From NCBI GenBank assembly GCA_030390025.1, contig CM059431.1, positions 109,556,001 through 109,620,000 on the forward strand: a DNA stretch of 64,000 bases. Reading direction: 5' to 3'. Both the position numbers and the translations under genes were made by a program. The notes under the pieces were generated by a model. It was not told the DNA's origin and made no database searches. It saw nothing but the letters and a program-made list of their open reading frames with translations. This document shows, piece after piece, positions 1 through 10,810 of the stretch. The first letter of the stretch is position 1; the number at the start of each line of letters is the position of its first letter. The stretch is from Squalus acanthias. Lineage: Eukaryota.

Positions 1-301
1 AAAAGTGCAACATCCCCACCGATACCTGGGAATCCTTGGCCCAAGACCGCACAAAGTGGAGGAGAAGCATCCGGGAAGGTGCCGAACACCTCGAGTCTCT
101 TCGCCGGGAGCAAGCGGAAGCCAAGCGCAAACAGCGGAAGGAGCGCACGTCAACCCAAGAACCCCACCCACCCGCCCCTTCAACCACCATCTGCCCCACC
201 TGTGTCAGAGACTGTATTGGACTCATCAGTCACCTGAAAACTCATTTTTAGTGTGGAAGCAAGTCATCCTCGGTTCCGAGGGACTGCTTAAGAAGAAGAA
301 G
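1..301 (+). mobile_element. RTE-clade LINE, 3' end
   Basis: ORF 36-251 AQDRTKWRRSIREG...CPTC..CIGLISHLKTH is the RTE C-terminus with a zinc finger. It is followed by a 3' UTR and (AAG)n tail and is homologous to the RTE at 16121-17760. Confidence 0.85.
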
Positions 302-302
302 G

Positions 303-643
303 TAGTTTGGAATGACCTAGTAGCATAAAGGTTCAACACAGTGTTGACTTTGATTGCAAGGGTACGAACTGTCCCCGTGCTGGATGTAGTTTGCTGATCA
401 GGCTCCAGTAGACTGCAGTGCTCAGTGACCGCCACCCTGCTGAACCGTAGATGTCGAAGGCAGGTCTCTTCCGACATGCCCAGTAGATGTTGAAGGCTTG
501 CCCAAGCGGTTGTGCCTGTGTCGTATCATGTGAGTCCTGAGCTGCCGGAGGTGTCAGCCCACCTCCCTTACCTCCCTCCACAAGGCCTCCTCTTCCTTCG
601 CCAAATCCAGCAGAGCCATTAGCAGGCTCGATGGAAGGCCCAT
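303..643 (-). pseudogene. Degenerate Harbinger (HARBI1-like) transposase N-terminal fragment
   Basis: MSEETCLRHLRFSRVAVTEHCSLLEPD...LAIKVNTVLNLYATRSFQ aligns by eye with [24 protein letters not shown]...[18 protein letters not shown] of ORF 9324. It is cut off by the RTE insertion. Confidence 0.7.
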
Positions 644-777
644 GCTCAGCACTGCACTTGCATCTACTGGTGGTAGCAAGAATGCTGCTGTTGGAGGTAT
701 GCACCGAAGAAGCACGGAATTGCAGCAAAACTGCAGTAAAGAGCAGAAAAACTAAAAGCACTAAAAGAAAAAGAGAG

Positions 778-1139
778 ACTTGCATTTATATAGCGCCTTT
801 CACGACCTCAGGATGTCCCATAGCGCTTAACAGCCAATGAAGTACTTTTGAAGTGTAGTCACTGTTGTAATGTAGGAAACGCGGCAGCTAATTTGCGCAC
901 AGCAAGCTCCCACAAACAGCAATGTGATAATGACCAGATAATCTGCTTTAGTAATGTTGATTGAGGGATAAATATTGGCCAGGGCACCAGGGATAACTCC
1001 CCTGCTCTTCTTTGAAATAGTGCCATGGGATTTTTTATGCCCACTTGAGAGAGCAGATGTTGGTTTAATGTCTCATCTGAAAGACGGCACCTCCGACAGT
1101 CCAGCACTCCCTCAGCACTGCACTGGAGTGTCAGCCTAG
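778..1139 (-). mobile_element. Deu-domain SINE (SacSINE1-like), 5'-truncated
   Basis: Body matches the copies at 8180, 24636 and 52961, with an L2-type tail GCGCTATATAAATGCAAG. Confidence 0.8.
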
Positions 1140-1147
1140 CTCTAAGT

Positions 1148-1540
1148 TAGTTTGCCAACTCTTTAGGATTGTCCTGGAGTCTCCTAGGAATTGAAGTTTA
1201 ATCTCCAGGACACAGCTGCGAGCAACCAGGGAGAAAAAGCATAGGGGGCATTAAAATAATTGTCAAATTTTTTCATTTTCTTTGAACGTTTTCATTTATT
1301 AGTTGTATGAATATTGGAGATGGAGGCGGCGGGGGGTGGGGGGAGGAATGTTTGTTTAACTGACAGTCAAGAATAACCCAATTGGGTAACAAAGAACCGG
1401 TTCGCTTTCCAATTGGCCGTGGGAAGGCAGTGCGCCCGGAGAATTGACCAATGGTGGGAACGTGGAGGCGGGACGGTTGGAGGTGGGAGGTCTTGTGATG
1501 GAAGCTCCAGGAATACATCCAATCAGAGTGGGCGACCCTA
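1148..1540. mobile_element. MITE with TAGGGTTGCCA-type TIRs (hAT-like)
   Basis: Left end TAGTTTGCCAACTCT versus reverse complement of the right end TAGGGTCGCCCACTCT. No TSD visible. Confidence 0.5.
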
Positions 1541-2242
1541 GCCCCAATGCACAGAGTTCTGGTTTGCCAAGTCAATATGCAATTCTTACAGAGGCAGCAA
1601 CCCAGCTTTAAGTGCTGGCCCCAACTTTAGGACATCAGAAGCATATTTTTGCAGGTAGCAACGAGTTCAGTGAAACCGCGGTCCCCACCCGCCACGGTAT
1701 CAGGAGTTCAGTGGTGAATACACAGGGAACTACCCACCTGATTCCATGGGCTCATACAATGATGGCAAGAGACCACCTTCTGAGCATGACATGGGGTATT
1801 GGCCTTTAGTTTCTAACTGTGGCCTAACCAATGGTTTGTATAGGCTTAGCATTACCTCTTTGCTTTTGAACTTTAAAACCTAGGATCCCTTATGCTTTTT
1901 TTTTTACAGCTTTATCAACTTGCTCCTTCCTAAAATGCTGTGAAGCCAGAGAGGGCAAATGATAGATTCTTGAATGACGATCAATTAGATTGACGATAAC
2001 TTGTATAAGCTCTCCCTGGATTATGGTTTGCTCAGTATTAGCAACACAAGTGTTGCGAGACATAGTTTAGCTTTCACCTTGCATTCCCCTGTATTAAGTC
2101 GTCCTGTATTATGGTACATTAATAAAGATGCATTTATCAACACATCAGTGTGTACATTTTACAAATATATTGAAATTGCTAACTTGACTTTTAGTTTCTC
2201 TTCTCCAGCACTTCTTTCAGTTACATATAATTTTATTCAATA

Positions 2243-2540
2243 CAGGAAACTCTCTTTTAACCGGCACCTAAATATCCGGAAATCTCTCTTAACCGGCAAA
2301 ATTCAGGAGTAGGTTCAGGTAAGTTTTACTATATATTAGTGGCCGTGTAACCGGGGTTCCTGCACCTGTGGCCGTGCACCAGGGACTCCTGGATCTGTGG
2401 CCATGTAACCGGGGCTCCTGCACCTGTGACCGTGTACGGGGCTCTCGTACCTTGGTAAGTATGCCTCTCTGTAATCCGGACTTTTTGATCAACCGGCACC
2501 ACGCCGGTCCCGTCGGTGCCGGTTAATAAAGAGTTTCCTG
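2243..2540. mobile_element. Tc1/mariner (Tigger/pogo-like) MITE
   Basis: ~26-bp TIRs CAGGAAACTCTCTTTTAACCGGCACC / GGTGCCGGTTAATAAAGAGTTTCCTG flanked by TA on both sides. Four internal ~29-bp tandem repeats. Confidence 0.85.
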
Positions 2541-3289
2541 TATATTGAACCAGAGTTTAAGTATTACAAAATACTTACAGCACAGAAACAAGCCATTCGG
2601 ACCAATAGATCCATGCCGGTGTTTATGCTCCACATGAGCCTCCTCCCACCCCTCTTCATCTAACTCCATCAACTTATCCTTCTATTCCTTTCTCCCTCAT
2701 GTGCTTATCTAGTATCCCCTTAAATGCATCTATACTATTCACCTCAACTATTCCCTGTGGTAGCGAGTTCCACATTCTACCCACTCTCTGAGTAAAGAAG
2801 TTTCTCCTGAATTCCCTATTGGATTTATTAGTGATTATCTTATATTGATGGCCCCTAGTTCTGGTCTCGCCCACAAGTGGAAACATCTTCTCTACGTTTA
2901 CACCATCAAACCCTTTCATAATCTTGAAGACCTCTATCAGGTCACCCCTCAGTCTTCTCTTTTCTATAGAAAAGAGCCCTAGCCACGTCAACCTTTCCTG
3001 GTATAACCTCTCAGTTCTGGTATCATTGCAGTAAAACTTTTTTGCACCTTCTCCAGGGTCTCTATATTATTTTTATAATATGGAGACCAGAATTGTTCAA
3101 GTGTGGTCTAACCAAGGTTCTATACAAGTTTAACATAATTTCTCTGCTTTTCAATTCTATCCCTCTAGAAATGAACCCCAGTGCTTTGATTGCTTTTTTA
3201 TGGCTTTATTAACCTGCATCACTACTTTTAGTGAGCTGTGTATCTGTAACCCCAGATCCCTCTGTTCCTCTACCCCATTTAAACACTTA

Positions 3290-3996
3290 GGGGGTGATTT
3301 TGCCAGCCCTGGGGAGGCGGGTATGGAGGCGGGACTACCGGGAAAATGGCAGAAACTGGGAGCGGGTACCCATCCGACCCCCAACCCGCCTCCATACCAT
3401 CTTCCCAGGAGGCAGGTACCCGACCCGTGCCGTGTCCCATCTCGTCTCCTTGAGGCGGGAAGGGGATTAGTGCCAATTAACTGCCTGTTAACAGGTAGTT
3501 AACAGGCAGTTTTTTGGCTAATCTCTATTTTGAGACCTAAAGGGCTGGATTTTCAATGACCCGTGGAGTCGGGTTTGGAGGCATGTGGGGGGTTAAAGTT
3601 GCAGATTCGGGGGTCCCGACCCCATCCCGCCTCCAACCCGCCTCCACGCAATTTTGATAAAATCGTGTGTGGTGTTCCCGACTCCGTCCCGCCTCCAAGA
3701 GGCGGGAGAGGCCATTAAAGCCCTTAATAAGCCCTAAATTGGCTCTGTAATGTCATTTTGAAACATTTTAGCTAGTTTAACCTTTTTCCCATGTGAAGCA
3801 TGCCTGATGTGAAACACGCCAGTGAAACCTGGCGGGAGCACAAGTGGATAGCTGACTATCAGCTGCAGGTCCACTATTACAACGGAGATGTGATGAAGGT
3901 AGTAGTAGTATTAGATCTGAAAGTCGCCTCTGATGCAGCTGCATTGAATGTCTTCAGAGACGGCCTGGCCTTTGGAAGACCTGGATGGAAAAAAAA

Positions 3997-4029
<33 letters not shown>

Positions 4030-4883
4030 CTGAGATGCTGCTCATTTTGCATCCAGGTCCTCTCACAGCAAAGGCCAGGCAATCTCTGAGACCAGACCAG
4101 GCAGTCTCTGACCTACAATGATGACATCATCAGAGGCGACTTTCAGACTGAAACCATTAATTGGTTCATGGGTTCCCACATGCTGGAACTCAATTGCCCA
4201 ATTAAGTGAAAATTGCATCAATCTCCCACATCCAATTTCAGGCGGGTGGTTAACACGAAATGCGGATGACACGACCCCAACCCGACCCCAAGACAAATAC
4301 CAGCCCAAAGTGTGGGCTTCCCGACGGCTCCGAACCTCACCAGGGTCAGCGAGGCGAGCCGTGGATCTGCGGGGGCCGGAGGGGCCGAAATGTCCGATGT
4401 GCAGGTGAGTGATGAGTGCAAGTGTGGAGAGGTAAGTGTGTGAGGTGTGTGTAAAGTGTTTTAATAAGATTACTGACCTTTGCTTCTTCCTCCAGGCTTC
4501 ATCCCTTTAGGCTGCGGAGCTGCCTCATCTCACCGGCAGAGAAAGCAGAATGACCGCTGCATTCTTAAATGCTGCAGCCTTCTGCTTTCTGCTCAGGAAA
4601 GCTTTCTAAGTGAGTCTTCAGTACAAGGACTCAACTTAGAAGACAGATTGTCAATGTTTGACAGCTTCACAGAGCTGTCAAACGATGACAATTCAACTGT
4701 CAAACGCTGACGTTCTCTGTCACCGGCTTTCCCTTAATTGGCCTGCTAAGCCCGCTGGGCAGGCTTAACAAGGTCAATCAAGGGAAAATAGCGTGGGTTG
4801 GCCAGACGTCGATGGAGGCGGGACTAAAACCCGACAAGCAGCTTTCCCGCCTCCATCACGTCCCCATTGATAAAATCACCCCC
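3290..4883. mobile_element. Non-autonomous Harbinger element
   Basis: TIR GGGGGTGATTTT...AAAATCACCCCC with 3-bp TSD TTA/TTA. Confidence 0.85.
3542..4306. mobile_element. Nested non-autonomous Harbinger element
   Basis: TIR GGGCTGGATTTT / AAATACCAGCCC with TSD AAA/AAA. Its right part matches 26045-26250 in reverse orientation. Confidence 0.75.
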
Positions 4884-5039
4884 TTATTTTCCAAAGAGTT
4901 TGTGACCTCATTATTCTTCCTACCTTGCACTTATCGATATTGAAGTTAATTTGCCAATTACACGTCCATTCTGCAAGTTTATTTAAGTATGTTAAATAAT
5001 ATTTCCTTCGCAAAGGGGAAAATATGAGGTGCATTGCCT

Positions 5040-5850
5040 TAAAATCTTGCTGTGATGGCTGGTCACAATCTCATTTTCACCAAAGTTATGCCCCTTATTT
5101 GTCAAGTGCTTTATTGTTGCGACTTTGGTGCCATTGATTAGCAGGAGAAACTCCTCTTTCAGGTTCATTGTGCCAGTCTTCACACACTGGAGGATCGATG
5201 TCCTTTGATCATCCATAGCAATAGCTGCTGGCTACCCTCACCATGTTTAGCCCAAGAACGTGTGATGTTACAGTGCACTAACAATTCCCAGGAGCCATTG
5301 GTGAGAGTTGGATGTAGTGTCAATATTCCAGCTACTCAAGGCTTTGTCAAGAGTGTGACTACCCAAGGATCAGAGGTGCTACATCTAGCTAGAAATCCTT
5401 GTTACTAGTTTAGGGTCTTGCCATAGATATCTCATCAGGTATAGAAATGCTAGTCACTCCTGTATGCGGTCTGGGTGTTCCCGTATTGCCCAATGTCTAA
5501 CTATACAATAGAGTAACTCAAGGGTGTAACAATAGGATCCCCTTGTGATCTGAACAGGATATTCATGTATATCTGCATATTTCCCATGTGTCTCTCCAAA
5601 CTCTTTGAAGGCAGACTGAGAAAGTGCCTGGTAAGACGAGCCAGATATAAATTGTTTTGCAACTTTATAGGCTTTATGCCAACCAGCAGAATGAAATGTT
5701 CCACCTTCTTGTTTTCCCCAATGCACGAAAATACAAAGTGCTCTGTCAGCCTGTGACAGGAGCACACATCATTGGGGATGTGATCTTCAAAGACAGTATA
5801 GTACAGTACATCTTAACATAGAATTTTCCATCCAGAGTAATGAGGAAATG
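5040..5850 (-). pseudogene. Possible heavily degraded Gypsy gag/protease remnant
   Basis: Scattered motifs across frames: RLTEHFVF..IGENKKV, KAYKVAK, TLDKAL, C.KTG, LINGTKV. Confidence 0.35.
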
Positions 5851-6123
5851 ATTGGTGTAAAAGGGAATGATTGGTGTAGTTTCCCTGGGCATTGTCTTTT
5901 ACTGAAGGAACTGCACTCTCCTCAGCACTGGACTCTCGAAGCTAGACTTTCTCTCTTTTGGGGTTTTTGCTAACATTCCGATCGAGGATTATTTCAGCAT
6001 TCATATCTTAGTTCACTCTCATGGCTGAGCCACAACTCCCCATTTGTTCAACAATGTCTATCCTTGCCTTGAGATCTACTAAACTGCCAGTAACGTGTTC
6101 AGTCATATGATATAGTTATTTGA

Positions 6124-6308
6124 AATAAAAACAGAAAATGCTGGAAATACTCAGCAGGTCAGGCAGCATCTGAACCTGATGAAAGATCATTGACCTGAAA
6201 CGTTAACTCTGATTCTCTCTCCACAGATGCTCCCTGACCTGCTGAGTGTTTCCAGCTTTTTCTGTTTTTATTTCAAATTTCCAGCATCTGCAGTATTTTT
6301 CTGTTTTG
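6124..6308. mobile_element. Penelope-like element terminal fragment (inverted repeat)
   Basis: Arms AAAACAGAAAATGCTGGAAATACTCAGCAGGTCAGGCAGCATC and its reverse complement enclose CTGATGA...GAAAC. Confidence 0.7.
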
Positions 6309-6619
6309 ATACAGTTATTTATTTACAGTAGATATCCAGCCCCCTAACACCTCAAGTGGGCAAAATAATGAAAAGATTGCTATTCTAAGAACTAAGCTAA
6401 CCCTTCATAAATGACTTTTAAATAATAAAGTATTTATTTTCCTATTTTGTTTTTACCACTGCGAGTGTCTGATTCATATAAAACGCTTCTTGTAAATTTG
6501 AACTAATTTTTCTCTCTTTCAGGGATTTCAAGTTGATTGGATCTTTTCAAATTGCTTCTCCGATTTGAATAGAACAGCTGCTTATTATACCCAGACAAGA
6601 ATTACCGGGATAGATTTTT

Positions 6620-6743
6620 GTTAGGCTAGTGTATGAAGTGTTACGGAACCAAGGAGGGGAGATGGAGTTGAGATACAGATCAGCCATGATCTCATTGAAT
6701 GGCGGTACAGGCTCGAGGGGTTGAATGGCCTCCTCCTGTTCCT
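6620..6743 (+). mobile_element. CR1 3' tail fragment
   Basis: GATCAGCCATGATCTCATTGAATGGCGG..GGCTCGAGGGG.TGAATGGCCT tail shared with the other CR1 copies. Confidence 0.7.
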
Positions 6744-7271
6744 ATGGGACTTCCTTGATTTTGAATGTCTGACCGTGCCAATCAAAGGAACTGTCAGTCA
6801 TATGCAAACTGAACCAATCACGCAGCATTTATTTAAGATTGAATTATCTCTCTCTCCAGCCTATTGCTGCCAGAACGTGCAACAATTTATCGATATTGGT
6901 TTGGCACAGGAATCTGAACTGCAGTGTTTTTTGTTTAAAACAATGCTTTTGTTCCATTACTGTATTTAATGGAAGAATTATCAAACCAAAATTAGACAAA
7001 GTTACCTATTTTTTTCACACCAACTTTCCTCACAATCGAAGGGCTGATGATGTGGCCTCAGCTCTATGGCAGCCAAGGCCCTGCTATTTTTGGGGCATTT
7101 GCAGTGCTAGGAGCTGAATTCATGTTTCCAACAAGTTCAGCTTATTTTACTCATAGCCTAGTGCCGTTAGCACACAGAGCGTAAGGCAAAAAGAGGCTTA
7201 TTACCTGGCACCAGTACATCTTAAAGGGCTGCTGATCATCTTAAAACTGTTCTGCTACTGAGGGGACAGAA

Positions 7272-7520
7272 ATGGCTGCAGTAAGCCCAGGATGATAAAT
7301 AGCTCGCTTCTAAGATGTAACTTTGGAGGTCCCTTTGCAAGAGGTGCCAGACGGAAGGTAGTTTTTTTTGGAGTTGAAAGGCATTTGCTTATGAACAATA
7401 GCATGAGAGCAGCCTGGATGGAAATGCCAGAAAAAACTGAAAGCTATTTCTCCTAAGATCAGATTCTAGGAGTATGCCAGGGGAAAAAAAAACATGTCTT
7501 GAAAGGTTGCCAGGGTAAGT
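7272..7520 (+). pseudogene. Degenerate Harbinger Myb/SANT exon-1 remnant
   Basis: MAA...ARF.DVTLEVPLQEV..RKVVFFG...MRAAWMEM with stops and frameshifts. Ends at a GTAAGT donor, like exon 1 of the gene at 12779-12540. Confidence 0.5.
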
Positions 7521-8179
7521 GTGCTCGCACTTTGTTTAATTTTACAATGCTGCCTTACAATGCATCTTAAGAGCATTACACTGAGGGAGAACGCACAGCA
7601 CTCTGGTAACTGATGGTTCCCTTTCCAAAAGCACAGCCATGCCCACATTTTAGCATTGCACTCTGTATTGATGTCAGTGTATTTGCCTTGTGGGCCATGA
7701 AATGTGGCAAGGGACAAACACTTAGCACACTGCCAATACAAAGTATTTGCAGGCTGCATTTTCACATAAAGTGGCTGATGGCCAGCGTCCTTCTCTGCAA
7801 CCAGTTGAGGGCTATTTTCGGCAAATGGTAGAGTCCACGTGATCTTTATTCCATTGATCTGCTACATTTACCCCATTGTTCTTTCTCCGTGAATGGAAAA
7901 CTCCAGGAATAAAGTAATAACGGAATTCATTTGAATCTTATACCTGAATTCAAATTCAAATTAATTCTGTAAATCGGGTAATATTGTTCACATTGCCAAT
8001 GGATATGATGCTTCAATTCAGACCCTCGTCCAACACTCTTTATTCGTGCCGACTGCAAAGTCAACTCTTCCATCGGCAGACCAGAGCCACTGCTCAACTG
8101 ATACTGAGCCTTACAGCTGAAACAGCAGGGATAGTGTGCCGCAGGCTTAACAATACCCTTCTAATACCATGGACCTAGT

Positions 8180-8600
8180 ATAGGATGCTCAAGTCCCACT
8201 CCAGAGCTTTGAGCACATAATCCAGGCTGACACTCTAGTGCAGTGCTGAGGGAGGTGCTGCACCGTCGGAGGTGCTGCCTTTCAGTTAAAACATTCAACC
8301 GAGATCCCCGTCTGCCCTCTCGGGTGGACGTAAAAGATTCCATGGCGCTGTTTCAAAGAAGAGCAGGGGAGTTCTCCCCGGTGGCCCGGCCAATATTTAT
8401 CCCTCAACCAACATCACTAAAACAGATCAGCTAGTCATTACCTCATTGCTCTTTATGGGACCTTGCTGTGTGCAAATTGGCTGCCGCGTTTCCTATATTA
8501 CAACAGTGACGTCACTTCAAAAATACTTCATTGGCTGTAAAGCGCTTTCGGACGTCCTGAGGTCGTGAAAGACGCTGTACAGATGCAAGTTCTTTCTTTC
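8180..8600 (+). mobile_element. Deu-domain SINE (SacSINE1-like)
   Basis: B-box remnant GCTCAAGTCCC, Deu-type body and L2-type tail. Confidence 0.8.
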
Positions 8601-9323
8601 TTTTGACTCCTGACATTTCTGATATATATTTCTGGCTAAAGTCTTGATGATTTTGTGTACTGTGTCCAGTGCTTCCACGGAGTTCCCTCTCACTGCGGTG
8701 GCATGAAAATACATTTGAAACAAGTGAACTAAAAATATGGCAAAAGGCAGCAGTAAGTTTGCTTAAGGCATCTTCTGACACTTTGGCCGTGATTTTATCG
8801 GCACTGAGAGGGCAGGTTTGGAGGCGGGTCAAGGGTGAAAATAGTTTTGATCGACGACGGGTTGCGATCCCGCCGTCAACCCGCCTCCACGCCACTTTGC
8901 CAAATGCCGGCTCTGGGAGTCCCGATCGGTCCCGCCACCAAGCGGCGGGAGAGGCCCTTAAGGCAATTAACCGCTTGTTAACTGCCTGGAGAAGCCGATT
9001 TGAACAACGGGTTTTGATTTTTACACCTTTTCTATGTGTTCCACGCCGTTCCCAAAGCACGCCAGCTGATTGTGCCGGGTTCACAAGTGGCTGCCTTCTT
9101 GACAGCTGCATCTCCAGCATAAAAACGGAGCTCTAACATGGCTCACTTACAGATGACAGAACTTAGATTTTATCAGGTCTTGGAAAACCTTTTGCAGGTC
9201 TACTGATCTTGTAAGTGGTGAAGCTGAGATCCATCTCCACTGTGGCCTCCTGGGAAAACCCTCTCCCCACATTGACTGAGCGCTTATAACTTCTAGTCCT
9301 CAACTGACATATCTACCAGCAGA

Positions 9324-10535
9324 ATGGGAACCATTTATACCCTGTTATCCTGGTCCTCAGATTCGGAGGAAGAGCAGCTGCGGCAGCAGCAGAACCAGGC
9401 ACAACAGCAGCACCAACAACAGGAGCGCCAACCTCCTCCTCACACACCTGATGCTGCACAGGGCAGAGGGCATCAGCGCAGGGCTGCACCTCGCCGCAGG
9501 AGATACCCCCAACACAGGGACAGGCCGTGGATGACCTTCCTCAACATGACTGAGCAGCAGTGCCAAAGGAGGCTGAGACTTTCGCGAGAGGTAGTCGGTG
9601 ACATCTGCGCAATGCTGCATCAACACCTGGAGCCCAGAGGAGTGGGTGGACACCCCTTACCAGTGGCTGTCAAAGTCACCACTGCCCTCAATTTTTTTGC
9701 TTCAGGGTCCTTCCAGGGATCATCAGCAGACATCAGCGGCATCTCCCAGTCAGCCGCCCACACTTGCATCACGCAGATAACTGATGCCCTCTTTGCAAAG
9801 GCGCACAATTATATCCACTTCTCCATGGATGAAGCAAGTGTAACCGCGCGTGCGGTTGGCTTTGCAAATATGGCAGGCTTGCCAAGGGTGCAGGGTGTTG
9901 TAGACTGCACACATGTGGCCCTTAGTGCACCCCATCACACCCCAGCTGTATTTGTCAACAGCAAGGGCTTCCACTCCCTTAACATGCAGCTGGTGTGTAA
10001 CCACAGGAAGGGCATTTTGCATGTTTGCGTGAAGTACCCTGGCAGTTGTCATGACTCCTTCATCCTGTGGCAGTCCAGTGTGCCTCCGCTCTTCAATCCG
10101 CCAAACCAACTTTCCGGATGGCTACTTGGAGACAAGGGCTATCCCCTGAAGACGTGGCTAATGATACCATTGAGGAGGCCATCAAACGAAGCAGAGGAGC
10201 GCTACAATGCCAGCCACATTTCCACCAGAGCCATCATTGAGCAAACCATCAGCTTGCTCAAAATGCGATTCAGATGCCTTGACAGATCAGGTGGAGCCCT
10301 ATAGTACTCAGCAGCCAGGGTCTCCAGAATCATCGTGGTCTGCTGTGCACTGCACAACATCACACAGCAGCGTGGCTTGAAGCTGCCTGAGGAACAAGTA
10401 GCTCAGCGCATAGCCTCCTCAGATGAGGAGGAGGAGGAAGACCTTGCGGAGGCGGATCAGCCAGCTCCAGCAGCACGTGAGCACATTGCTGCCCGTGATG
10501 CAAGGGATGCACTAATCTTTGCCAGATTCGCTTAG
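9324..10535 (+). pseudogene. Harbinger DDE transposase (HARBI1-like) with one in-frame stop at 10302-10304
   Basis: Motifs [42 protein letters not shown]. The frame continues after TAG as YSAARVSRIIVVCCALHN to the stop at 10535. Confidence 0.92.
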
Positions 10536-10810
10536 GTAGACGAATCAAACACATGTGGCTGGCACCTTCTTATCACACCATACACAATGTACAAGAACCT
10601 GTGGGTTCCTATCACTCTGACCACCATCATTACAAATGCAAGTCGCCCTGAGCCCTCAATGTGCAACTTCCATTTCCCAGAACACATAGGCCAGAACTTT
10701 AACTGTTTGCCATCACTTTTGTTTAATACATGCACAAAAGGATGACAATGCTAAATATTAAACACAACAAAAGACAACAGAACAGAACACCCAAGTGACT
10801 ACCCTTGTGA

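Larger units (their letters stand above)
2565..4985 (-). mobile_element. CR1 LINE 3' fragment, split by a Harbinger insertion at 3290-4883
   Basis: ORF 2674-2991 LGLFSIEKRRLRGDLIEVFKIMKG...FFTQRV..MWNSLP. CR1 sequence resumes after 4884. Confidence 0.85.

Noticed and set aside
333..785. 150-aa ORF with a signal-peptide-like start
   Set aside because: It starts in a SINE tail and overlaps a decayed Harbinger transposase in another frame.
7944..8116. Possible minus-strand exon (173 nt, AG/GT bounded, one open frame CKAQYQLSSG...)
   Set aside because: No recognisable protein similarity and no neighbouring exons. Such frames arise by chance, and RNA-seq would be needed.
9324..10535. Host HARBI1 gene
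   Set aside because: It lies between TIRs with a Myb partner and carries a nonsense codon, so it is a transposon copy and not the domesticated gene.
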